Part shown: piece by piece, positions 13,493 through 25,029 of the stretch
Layout: each line of letters starts with the position of its first letter
Numbering within the stretch: the stretch's first letter is position 1
NCBI RefSeq assembly: GCF_006345805.1
Contig: NW_021835989.1
Location: forward strand, 154,488-218,487
Origin: Octopus sinensis
Taxonomy: Eukaryota
Reading direction: 5' to 3'
Length of the DNA: 64,000 bases
The notes under the pieces: generated by a model
Databases searched by the model: none
The model's input: only the letters and a program-made list of their open reading frames with translations
Told to the model about the DNA's origin: nothing
Made by a program: the position numbers and the translations under genes

Positions 13493-14469
13493 GACGATCA
13501 TTTATTTTTATTTATATTTTTATCGATTTTCTTTGTATTACAAAGATGCATAGACTTGGTTATATATAAGAATTTGTCAAAATCATCAACATTCTCTTGA
13601 CAGCTTTTTTTGAGGGACTGTTGGGAGTTATATTAAGAATGAGTAGGCGTTTAACACACAGTGGTGGTTCCAGTGATATTTTTGTGAACAAGTAAGAGAG
13701 GACAGAACTATCTTTTTTCATATAAAACAATTTTAAATAAATCTGAACAGTCAAAGAATTAAATGTAGGAAATTGGGGCAGTAAGAAATGCTCCAATGAA
13801 CTAATTTCAGGTATAAAAAGTTTTTAGACACTGAAAAGTGACTTATAAAATGTGAATTGACTGATTTACCGAAACCGGTGAAGAATTTTCTCACTCGAAT
13901 AGACCAATAAAGAAGCAATGGCGCTTTACATCGGACTTGAAACTTCCGTTTGAAAAAAAGCGTTTGACAGTATATCTTACATGGACTGATTATAACGTAG
14001 ATCTTCTTTCTGGTATTTGTTGACGTACAAAAAAAGATCAGAGAAATTGTGGGTTATTAATTCAGTGCGGTTTTAATTTGATTACTTAAAGGTGATAGAC
14101 TCGAACTGTGGAAGGCCAAAATGCAATGAAAAATTATAAATTGATATTAATAAGTGAACAAAACATTGTAGATTACTCACAAGACCTTGGGAATCAAGGA
14201 TTTAATGGAGAAATGATGACTAATATGTATGAACTATATTCATACGAAAGAATTGTATTTTTGTTAATCTTAATACATTTCAAATGAGATTAGTCCCAAC
14301 AAGATAGCTCTGATAATGGTCCTAGCAAAAATCACTTCAATCTCTATTGGAAACGTAAATTCGGATTTGATTTTATACGACTTAACCATTATTATTAAAA
14401 GCACGTTCACAGAACCAAAGAATGTAAATTAATTAAAATTCCGTTTGTGCCACACGTTTCGAGATTCTA

Positions 14470-15080
14470 TTCACCAAACTTCTTCATCGGTATTTGTTTT
14501 TCGCGTCTGTTCGTTGTTCTTCTAGGTCTTTCCCACATTTGAGTTTTTTCCCAATTTTATTAAGATCCTTGTTTAGAACAACAGAGAAAGTGACTCCAGG
14601 TCTTTTATTGAACGATTTCTTGCTTTCAGTGTCAAAGTAATTGTCCATTGTAATGCTTGCGGGAGTGTTTATGTCCATTCTAAGTACATGCCTAAATAGC
14701 CTCCATCTTGATTCGATAATTTTTGTGCTTATTGAAACCGATTGTGTCATAGAGTAAAATTTCTTGTTTGAAATTTTCTTTGGCCAATCTAGGTCGAGTA
14801 AATTTCGTAATGGCTTTTGATGAAATGTGTCCATTTTCTTGAGTTCTAACTCTGACTTCCCATGTACACGAGTTGTAGGCAAGTAACGGCTTTATATACG
14901 AGTTGTATAACCTTATTTGTAACTTTTTTGATTAGCTTTGGTCGACTCCATATTTTTTGCATTTTATTATACATTGCACTGGCTAGGACTCTTCTATACA
15001 CCATGTCCTCACCATCACCAAGTAGGGATCTCAGTTTCCTTTTTTCCCCAGTTTTCATCAATGTATTTTAATTCCCTTGT
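14470..15080 (-). mobile_element. RTE-like LINE 3' fragment (post-RT region)
   Basis: LRSLLGDGED...RRVLASAMYNKMQKIW and MDTFHQKPLRNLLDLDWPKKISNKKFY...SRWRLFRHVLRM. Confidence 0.75.
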
Positions 15081-15328
15081 GATTCTTATATGTTCAACTC
15101 AGTAATATTTTCTAAAAAATGATTTTTAGGAATATTCATTATCGACAACTGAGTTATTAAATCACAGAATCCCCTACAAGCGAACAGGAACCACGGCGAT
15201 CTCAAAAAGGATTCTGGAAAGAGACGTTTTCTTGGTCACATATACAGACGTAAAATCTTGAGTACTAACTTATCTTAAAAAATGAATTAAAAGAATAAAT
15301 CAAAAAAGCACGACAAATATTCAAAAAT

Positions 15329-15931
15329 CTACTCGTCATTGGCCATTTCAGCAATAGGGTTGGCATGTATAGTGACAGAGAGGATAGAAATATCATCCAA
15401 AGGACGGTGTGTCTTCTCATCCACTTCCACCTGCTCCATCTGTTGGAGAGTGCCGAATCCGTCAATCAGTCTCAAATATGCTTCAAATGCCATACTTTCC
15501 AAACACGCTGTATTTCATGTCTAAGGATGTTTGTTTGGAATAGGTTATAAAGAATTGAGATTTGTTGGTATTAGACCCACTGTTGGCCATGGACAGCACT
15601 CCACGGGAGGCGTGCTTCAGAGTCCTCTTGAATTCGTCCTCGATGGGACTCCCCCAGATGCTCTGACCGCCCTTTCCAGTCCCTTTCTTGTGGGTTTCAT
15701 TAAAGTGAACCTGAAGGGTCGCCACCCTGAACAATGAAACCCTTATATTTCTGTGGAAAATGCAGTGATTGTAATATTCAGAGGCGCAGAGAGCCAGGAA
15801 GTTCTACAATTTTTATTTTTTGAACGTGGCATAGTTTTGGACAATCTTCACAAAAAAGTTCAAATTTTAAGTCTCCGAGTGATGTATGAAGGGTACATGA
15901 CTGTTTTAATTAATGCACCACAGCAAACCAT
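15329..15931 (-). CDS. PPIL3: Peptidyl-prolyl cis-trans isomerase-like 3 (cyclophilin)
   Basis: Intron directly after ATG, then SCTLHTSLGDLKFELFCEDCPK|NFLALCAS...FHRNI...QGGDP...GTGKGGQSIWG...RGVLSMANSGSNTNKSQFFITY...SVTIHANPIAE. Includes a 22-nt intron at 15804-15825. Confidence 0.92.
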
Positions 15932-16371
15932 TTGAAATAAAAATATTTATTTAGTTTGTTTATATAAAAAAATATAAATTTAAATAAGACCAATCGGAAA
16001 TGCAAACTAAATCATATTTTTTCTTTACAAAGAACTTAACATACAAGGCAACGTCTCTCCTGGGGGACATCTTAGCCAAATCAATGGTCAGGTAACGGTC
16101 TGCCTAATACTTCCGGGCATGTGGTTCATAATCTCCTATGAGATAAGGAAAATTCTGCGGTTCTTACTAGATATCAAAAATTATTTAAAGATAAATAATT
16201 TTTCATTAATAGGCAATTTTCCGTATACTTAGTCAGATAATTCGGTAAAATTGTAAATCTAAAAGACCACATTGTCCTATTAATTTATTTATTATTAATT
16301 TAAATTATTTACTAATTATTTATTGAAAATATAATCAATTTTGCGTAGTATTCCAAAACTTATATTAAAAA

Positions 16372-19160
16372 ATGCCCTACAGTAATGGAATGGAAAACCT
16401 AATAACAGTCATCGACAAAATACAAAATGCCTTTACATGTTCTTCTCTGCCCTGCAATCTCGATCTCCCTCAAATCGTCGTCGTCGGCTGCCAAAGTGCA
16501 GGCAAAAGCAGCGTATTAGAAAATTTTGTCGGAAGGTTTTGTACATAAAATCATATTTTTAGAGATTTTCTGCCACGGGGGACTGGAATTGTGACCCGAA
16601 GACCTCTGGTTCTTCAGCTGATCAACTCCGATGAAGGTTATACATGTCATAATGCACAGAATATGGCGAATTTTTGCACAACTCAAGCAAATACTTCAAC
16701 TTTAACGATATTCGAACTGAAATTGAAGCAGAAACAACGAGATCTTGTGGAACCAACAAAGATGTTTCCGACGTTCCAATAAACCTAAAAATATTTTCCC
16801 CAACGGTAAAAAAATCAAAAATAAACATTTTAGTGATTGATTTAACTTTGGTCGACCTTCCAGGACTCACAAAAATTGCTGTGGCGGGACAAACCACGAG
16901 GTCATTGGGGTAATAAGGAAAATGGTCCTCAAATTTATCGAAAACCCAAACAGTCTCATTTTGGCTGTCACCCCTGCCACGACTGACTTGGCCAACTCTG
17001 ACGCCTTGCAATCGCAAAGGAAGTGGACCCTCTCGGACCCGCACTATTGGGGTCATTACTAAGCTTGATATGATGGACACGGAAACCAATGCACGGGATA
17101 TTTTGGAAAATAAACTCCACCTTTGAAAAGAGGTTGGATATGTGATTTATTTTAGGATATGTCGGGGTGGTTAATCGTAGTCAGCAAGATATCGAACAAA
17201 ATATTCCGATTGCTGTCGCCCACAAAAAAGAACGTCACTTTTTTAACAACCATCCTTCATATAAGTACTAATACTACATGATACTATTATTAGACATATG
17301 GCTGATCGAATGGGAACAGAATTTTTACAAAAAACGTTAAATCAACAACTTTTACAACACATTTTTACTGTCCTTCCTTCGCTGCGACAAAAAATATCTG
17401 AAAACCTGAATGTTTTAGAATCGCAAGTAAAGGAAATCGAATCAAGGGGAGGTTCAATGTCCCACAAGTTATTGATATGGTTATTTTTGCGTATTTCTTT
17501 ATTAATAGCGCAATCGAGGAGTTTTCTACTATTTTGTCCGACAATATAATGTCTACGCATACGACTGCGTTGGTTAATGCTCAAAGATTGTCGATTGGAG
17601 CTACAATAAATCGATGCTTTTTTAAAACCCTTCCAACAAATTACAAAAAGTTATTATTATATTTAACAGATATTTGATGAAAATAGTAATCAAATTCTCC
17701 AAAATATACGTCTAGCTATTCAAAACGTGCATGGCGTCAAGTTAGTGATTTAATGTCTATACAGAACTGGACTTCATACACCAGATTTGGCATTTGAAAT
17801 GATTGTCAAAATGGATTTTGAAAAAAGCGCCATTCCTATTAAATCCTGCTTGGAGGAAGTCTACAATTTTACTAATCTCGCAATCGAGGAAGCTCACAAA
17901 ACGGTTTGTAAAAAATTATTCCATTCAGTTTGAGGAATTTCCATATTTGCAGTCGGCAGTGGCACGGATTGTGTTAAATGCACTGAATGTACCACCAGAG
18001 ACGCTGAGTCAAATTGAGCTCAATATAGATTTTCATTTGAATTATATCAACACAAACCATCCTGATTTTATCGGAGTTCCCACGTATTTTTATTTTTTTT
18101 TCAATTTCAGGCAGAAACATAAACGAGAAGAACGTACAGGACCGGTTTGTTTAATTACAATAAATTAGCTTACTCAAAAAAGGGGTACATTACAATAAGC
18201 AATTTGTTGACGACAAAAATAAAGGACACGTTTATTATGCCGCATTGGTCACCGGAAACCTTGTGTTATACAAAGATGAAGATGTAAATTTTATATTTCA
18301 TTTTGATTAGGAAAAGACAAAAACTGTCGATTTCTGTCACTAAACTTCGTTATCAAATTCCTGAAGATTTTAGCACACTTTCACAATTTGTCTTGTCGGA
18401 TATGACATCAAGTTCATAGGGAGTTATATTATTTTAGGGGATGTATATTTAGGGACTTGAAAATCCTCCATTTCCAGTGTTCCATTTTAGTGAGTGTAAC
18501 GATTGGTTGGTTGCCCTCATCGAAATTGGACTGAGGCCGCTCGATCCAGCAAATCAAGTCGAATTATATGTTTGATATTTCTAGAATTCGTATGATTTAG
18601 AAAGAGGTGTAAATGACGTTAAGAGTGTGTTGAGTCATATATATATTTTATGAAAAATTATTCTCGACATTATTCCAAAAATATTTTTCATTGTTTTCTT
18701 AGCAAAGTCGAAATATTTTTAATTCCTAGATTGTGAAGTATTGCAAAAAAGGTTTAATTGCTGAATTATATTCCCAATGGCCGATTGTATATTAAATAAT
18801 TATATTATTAATAGGAAGAACTGCTAAACAATCTCCAGAAAAACTCGCTCATGATCAAGAAATCGTCAGACTCTACCAGGCCACCAAGAAGCCGCTGAAT
18901 ATATTAAAATGTTCACAACGAAGTCACACAAAATCAAATTAAATTTCCGACTTCTCGGTCACTGTCAACTTTTTGTGAATTTCTAGACACTCAAATAATT
19001 TAGTTTCTTCTGGCAATCACAAAATGCGTCTAAAGACACATTATTCACTTTAGATCAACAGGAAAATAATATTCAGTTTTAATTTTTTGGTAATTTTTTA
19101 GAAATCCACTTCCACTGCCTCCGTAAGATTATTTTGTTTTAATTAGATAGTCGCCCCAAT
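16372..19160 (+). CDS. Classical dynamin (GTPase, middle, PH-like and GED regions); 3' end uncertain
   Basis: [25 protein letters not shown]|[88 protein letters not shown] and IVRLYQATK. Many ~25-30-nt introns. Confidence 0.9.
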
Positions 19161-19837
19161 AGAAAATGAATTTTTCATTAAAAATTAATCATACTAACTC
19201 TAACTAATCATTTTTAATTGGTAGACATTTTCAAATCACACCTTGAATTTTTGATTAACTTTTTTGTGTTTTTTAAAAGAAACGCAGTCTTTTTTCGAAT
19301 AGCTCCCTCAATAAAAATGACATCCAAACAATGATATAATAATAATATAAATTTGACACAATTAGCAAACTATGCAACAAATCTCGAACTTTTTCCCTCT
19401 ACAACTTTAATAATCTCCAAGAACAATAAATCAATAACAATTGGTATTTACAAAAATCGACGAGTCGGATATTATAACCATATTTCAGATGCTGTCAAGC
19501 TGGTAAATTTGCAACTATTCGCAGAATTAACTTTGTAGCATTTACCTAACACAGTGACGAGAGTAGATTAAAGGTCTATATTTAATTAGATCATATTCCG
19601 GAAATGACATTTATACAGGGTCTACATGTTTCCCACTGAGAAGATTGGGCTACTTATTACACATTATAGAATTCTGAAAATACCGCATGCATCCAAAATT
19701 TTTTTTAAAAGCGGTTTTTATCATTGCGTTTTATTATTAAACACTGATTAACTATATACAACCTGCTGTTTTTAATCTACCTTGAAGCCCCTTTTGCGAT
19801 AGCTGAAAAGTTCACTGAATTAATTCACGCTGATGAC

Positions 19838-21686
19838 TAGGGCGATTTTTTTTAACCTGAAAAATAAAAATTTTAACCTAAAAACTTTAACTTTATTAAC
19901 CTAAAAACTAAAAATTAACCCAAAAATTTAACTTTATAAATAAACAAAAAAACACTAAAACTGTTTGTTGCACATACAAATTACATAATTTTCTAAATTT
20001 TCTTGTAGAAAATTTCGGTTGGATCTTAGAAAACTCTTTATTAGAGAGAAAGTTCTTTCAACCGAGCACGAGGTCGGCTGACAATTCAGAAGTAATGCAT
20101 ACTCGGCAGGAGATATTTGTGAATTAGTCATTTTAATTATATTCGAAATATCGTTTGTTTTAATCCTTTAATTATGTATTCTTTGATAAATTTGTTGTCA
20201 TTCCCAAATTCCAACGATTCTAAACAATAATATGCTTGTTCAATTGTGAAGCGCGTACTTTCAAATTTCGTAATAATATCTGCAATAGCGACATTTACTC
20301 GAAAACCTGGAATGTTTGAATAGCTTCGGATAAGGTCACATAGACTGCTCACTAATACATGGTTTCGAAGACTTTCTTTGGCTGTTCGAACTAGATATCC
20401 ATCATCCGCGAATGATTCGAAAATATTTTGTACTCCAATCAGATTTTCTGAATAGTAAGTAGCGGCCTTAAGCCAACTCCCCCATCTTGTCAAATGCACA
20501 CGAGGTGGAATGGCGATGTTTCTGTTTTTAAATATTCGTTTTCTTGTATTGTTCTTGTTAATTGCTGCTTGTACAGTAGCAATCATCAAATCAATTTCCG
20601 GATAGGAAGCTTTTATTTTCTCACAACAATTGTGTAATAGATGAACAGTACATGTGACATGGAATAACTTGGGGTACAGATTGTTAAGTATTTTGCCAGC
20701 TAAAACTTAAACATGAAATTTTACCTGATTTCATATAATTTGCGGCATCCGAAATTAACAAAAGGAAATTTTCCCTTTGAACCAAATTATTCCGAAGTAC
20801 ATCGTCGACTATTTGAGCAATGATGTGCTTGTTAGGAGCAGATTCAACCGGCATAAACGATATCAGATATGTTGTTTCAGGAGAATTTAACGATCCAATC
20901 ATCACAGCAACGTATCTGTGGCCACGAATTTGTGTTTCATCCGCAATAGCAAAAACCTTTTGATCGCTACAAAATAAAGTAAATTTTTATACACAATTTT
21001 TTGTTGAATTATCAATTTTTGCTCAATTATGATTTGATTGACACAGCTTCTAGCCTTCGATGGTGAGGGTACTCGCACAGAACCTCCGTAAAACAATTCT
21101 CTAAGCCATGGCATAGATAGTTTGTTTAGCGGAATATCGGATTTAATGAATGCTCTGGTTACTTGTAGAGCCCAATCATCATTTTTGGCATATTGGTCAA
21201 TATTTGTTTGGTGTGATGTGGTCAGATAATCTACAAAAAATAATTTTTATTTCGAATAAACTCAATGAATTTTGATGTTTCTGTGAGGATCGATGAGAAT
21301 TTACAAAATGCCTTTTTTCGCATTTAATATTACACAAACAGAGACGACAATATAATACACCATCCTCAAGAATCATAAATTCTTGCGGATAATCCTTAAC
21401 AATGGCTTTAGCTTTGATTTGATACGATTTTGCTATCTTAGGCATGTCAACCAAAAATTTTTGTTACAAAATGTATTATTAATTGTTAATTTAAAAAATT
21501 AATAAATTATATCAAAAATTATAAGGTTAAAATAATTTTAACCTTATAATTTTAAATTTTAACTTTTTAACCTAATAATAATGTTTAATATGCATTTATT
21601 TATAATAAAATATAGTTAAAAAATCATTTAAATTATTATTTATTTACTATTATTAAATTTTAACTTTTTTAACTTAGTTCGCCCTA
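19838..21686 (-). mobile_element. hAT DNA transposon, 1849 bp, TIR TAGGGCGA, 8-bp TSD CTGATGAC
   Basis: TAGGGCGA at 19838-19845 and TCGCCCTA at 21679-21686. CTGATGAC at 19830-19837 and 21687-21694, but single at the paralogous empty sites 28447-28454 and 44583-44590. Subterminal TTAACC/TTAACT repeats. Confidence 0.95.
19955..21445 (-). CDS. hAT transposase with CGGBP1-like zinc finger, 5 exons, 460 aa after splicing
   Basis: Introns 21231-21261, 20967-20992, 20700-20724 and 20280-20306 (all GT-AG) keep phase. YCRLC...H..SQKH finger, ADET, ISDAANYM, CTVH, TRWGSW and SVER motifs. One missing homopolymer base near 20168 is present in copy 2. Confidence 0.9.
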
Positions 21687-22689
21687 CTGATGACAGTGCC
21701 GCATGTCTGAGTTTCAGAAATCATATGAAACACATAGAAGTAACAATCTACTAGGATTAAAAAAATTAATAAAATTTGCGAATTTTGCTTGTTAGAATTT
21801 TAGAAAAAAATTGAAATCGTCACGTCCATACACAAATCCAAAGCAACGAATATGGCCATAATGATTCTTTTCAAGCATAAAAGTAATTGCCGAAGCTTTT
21901 CGGACAAATCTACCACATGACAGCATCTTCTAGGTTGTCCATCGCAGATTCGCTGAAAAAGCTCGCTCGTCTCCCCCGGTCGTTTGTTTTCGAAAAATTC
22001 TTCTACCATTGTCAGTGAGAAGTTGATTCGCTACCTTTTCAACGATGGCCCCACACCGGCATTTGTGGAGTCCGGCAAATCTCCAGTCCAAGTCTGGTGC
22101 TGATGCCGATGCGGACAGTATCGTCGTCAAGGTGGGTTCCGACACTATCAACGGGGAGTGCGTTGATCCAAGCTCCACTCGATTCGCATCTTCCAGTCAC
22201 TAGACAGGCACGTCTGTGTTGGTTTGATTGGATCAGAAGCCTCTTATATTTTTCCTCGCAGATGTTCCTGTCTTTCTGCTCAGGCTCATCCTCCTCGAAT
22301 GCGCCATGTCTGTGATTTCAGATGATTCAGTTTGGAGTTGGAGAATCATCCTGATCAGCAGTCGGCTGGAGTCCAAAGAGGATAGATATGCGGGGCAAGC
22401 TAGATCTTTCGGAGAAGGGATTCCCAGTCCGCCCAGGTTAACGGGTAGGGTCGCTTGGTCTCACCCTTGGTCGTCGAATTTCACATGCGTTCAATGGTGG
22501 TCCGAAAGAGACAATCGATATTGTCGAGCTGTTGCATTTCCAGGTAGCAGGGTGCGCCCCGAAGAACGTAATTCAGTTTCTGTGCTGACAAGGCGTTTTT
22601 TAGCAGAAATAGGAAGGTATGTGCGTCTAGCGTCTCAAGACGTATGAATGTTGTTTTTAGTTGTTGTTCTTTTGTTATTAGTGTTACTA

Positions 22690-24945
22690 AATCCAGCAAT
22701 CCTCTTTTTTAGTTCCCCAAAGAGTTATGGCTTTAAATAATTTACACGAGTTTAGTTTGGTCTTCGAAAGATTGTCGATCCTCTTTTTTAGTTCCCCAAA
22801 GAGTGCCTTCAATACTTCGCTTTTCAATACATCGCTTCTTCTATCTTCTAACACTCCAAGGTATCTGTAACCTTCCATCCCATCAAGCAATTTAGCTTCA
22901 GACCCAAGGTTTGCCAGATTAGTTGCAGACTTTTCGACATTTTTTTCCAGTCCGACAGCTTCGAAGAAATTATTTACCTCATTCATCATATTCATCGTTG
23001 TATCTTCTTTTGTGAAAATATTTTTAGATCATCCATAAACAGTAAGTGATTTGTTGTATATGTAATACAACCCTGATCTTGGTTATCAATCATCACTTTT
23101 GGGTACTTAGCATTCAGAATTCTACTAAGAGGATCCATCACCAGGGAAAAGATTTGAGGTGACAAGGAATCACCCTGGAGTATGCCTCTTTCCAATTTAA
23201 CCTCTCCGATTTCATTATGATTCAGAATTAGCTTTATTCGCCATTTCGTTACAAGGTTCTTCACAAAATTCACAATCCAGCTAGGGAGTCCGGAGTTTTC
23301 AAGCACCTGGAACAGAAAGTCGTGATCTACCGAATCGAACGCTTTCTTTACGTCAATCCAGGTAGAAACAAATTATTTCCGTTTTGCTTGTGAATGCACC
23401 GGTTAAGAATTGCTTGTTCCTTTGCCCCTTGACACATTCGCCGAGTTCCCAATTGATTATCCGCAATCAGATTATATGCCTCAATATAATCTCCCAACTT
23501 CCTGTTAACACATTTCGTTGCAAGCTTATATAGGTTAGACATACAAGTAATTGGTCTCAAATCTTTGGGTCCTTGACAAATATCTTTGGGATGAGATATG
23601 TGATTCCAGTGTAGAACCACTCATCCGGTATGTATTCACCACGGATTATCTTGACTAGTTCTTCACACAAGTGATCATGGATTAAGGTCATTCTTTTTAG
23701 AAAGAAATTATACACCCCATCACAACAGCTAGCTCTCCAGTTTGGGAGTTGTTTAATTGTTTCAAGGATGCTTTCTTTACTAAACTCTGCAAATGTATCC
23801 TCTGCCCATGTCACTCTCTTGTTAATATGTAACACATTATCGCTCTTCTCATTTCTACTCCATATTTTTTTCCAATATGATAAACATTCACTGTTATTAA
23901 ACATGAACTCTGCACTCTTTCTCTCATCATTTAAACTGCGATAGAAACAACGCCGATTCAATTCAAAGAACCAATTCTGTTTCCGAAATTCTTTTCTTGC
24001 ATCATGGAGTCGAAGTTTCTTCTCAACAATCTTTATTTCGTCTCCAATGCAAGCAGAAATTCTTCCAAGTTCTCCTTTCTTTGCCTTTCGATATCCATAT
24101 TCACTCAGCGTATCCCTCGTTGCATTATCAAACTTCAAGCTTCCTTTTTGATCAATAAGTGTATTAGTCTGTTCGTATTGTTCTTTAAATTTAATTAGTT
24201 TTGCTTCCATTATTCCTTTCCAGTTTGTTATTCTTAGGAGAGTATTTTGTAAGAGCTTGGTATGTCAGCTGTTCAGCATAAACGATATCGTGATATCATT
24301 CAAATTGACAGGAGGGTTGGTCTTTTATATTCATTAATCACTGCATTTATTCCAGACAATATTTCTTTTTTAAGTAGTTGATATGGGACTTTTTTTGGTC
24401 GGCTTTCGTTTTTTTTCGAGAGATAGATTTAACTTGCTCTATTTGGTAAGAAAATTCAATTGAGCAATCTCTAAAATTAGAGATTTCAGTCTTGTGATTC
24501 TTTTCTTGATCCAATGGAGAGTTAGACTTTGTTCCCGTCATCTTAGCCAGACTCTTCACATTCGCCACAGATTTGGACGTGAGGAACTTTCGTTAAAAGC
24601 CTGAGTAATCATGGGCCATCCACCACGTGGTATTCTTTTGAATCTGCTCGAGAAACGTTGACCACTTCATTCATTGCGCCATTGATCATGTCCACCTGCG
24701 TTACTTGATCGATGATAGCCCGTAGAGTTAACAGATTAGCAGGACAATCCGTTTGCGACAACCGAATTTGGAGGGGAATATCAGATTCTTGCGTTCCAAG
24801 CTGCCCACGGACCACACGATCTACGTTATTATTGGTTTCTCTTTCATTTCTTCCGTAGATAGGTCCATTGGAAATGTTTCATTAGACCCAGTAGAAACAA
24901 ACATGCACGTAAACAACAAATTTTTTTTATTTCATGTAGCTCATA
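22690..24945 (-). mobile_element. R4/Dong-like (RLE-type) non-LTR retrotransposon, 3'-truncated just after the RT domain
   Basis: WYTGITYLIPK, LRPITCMSNLYK, NQLGTRRMCQGAKEQ, WIDVKKAFDSVDH, RGILQGDSLSP, NHLLFMDDLK and YRYLGVLED. Confidence 0.85.
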
Positions 24946-25029
24946 TAGACACAATTCTAAAGTAATTTGTTATTTTCAAATAAAAAAATAATTAAAACTG
25001 ACCTAATTTCTGTATAATTTTGCCGCTGG

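Larger units (their letters stand above)
19790..22680 (-). mobile_element. CRE-like (RLE) non-LTR retrotransposon 3' half, internally deleted, 3' UTR interrupted by the hAT element
   Basis: RLETLDAHTFLFLLKNALSAQKLNYVLRGAPC, TLPVNLGGLGIPS, INALPVDSVGTHLDDDTVRIGISTRLGLEIC..HKCRCG. The 3' region matches 28400-28800. Confidence 0.7.

Noticed and set aside
13500-14450. Possible minus-strand gene (one intron-like 28-mer, short ORFs)
   Set aside because: Could not assemble a coherent frame or recognise a domain.
1781-19160. Frameshifts in TAF9, FNTA, the dynein light chain, SFMBT-like and dynamin suggesting pseudogenes or programmed frameshifting
   Set aside because: They are single-base slips, often at homopolymers. 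In the duplicated block the two copies carry different slips, so consensus error is the simplest explanation.
19300-19720. Short ORFs downstream of dynamin
   Set aside because: No recognisable product or consistent splice structure.
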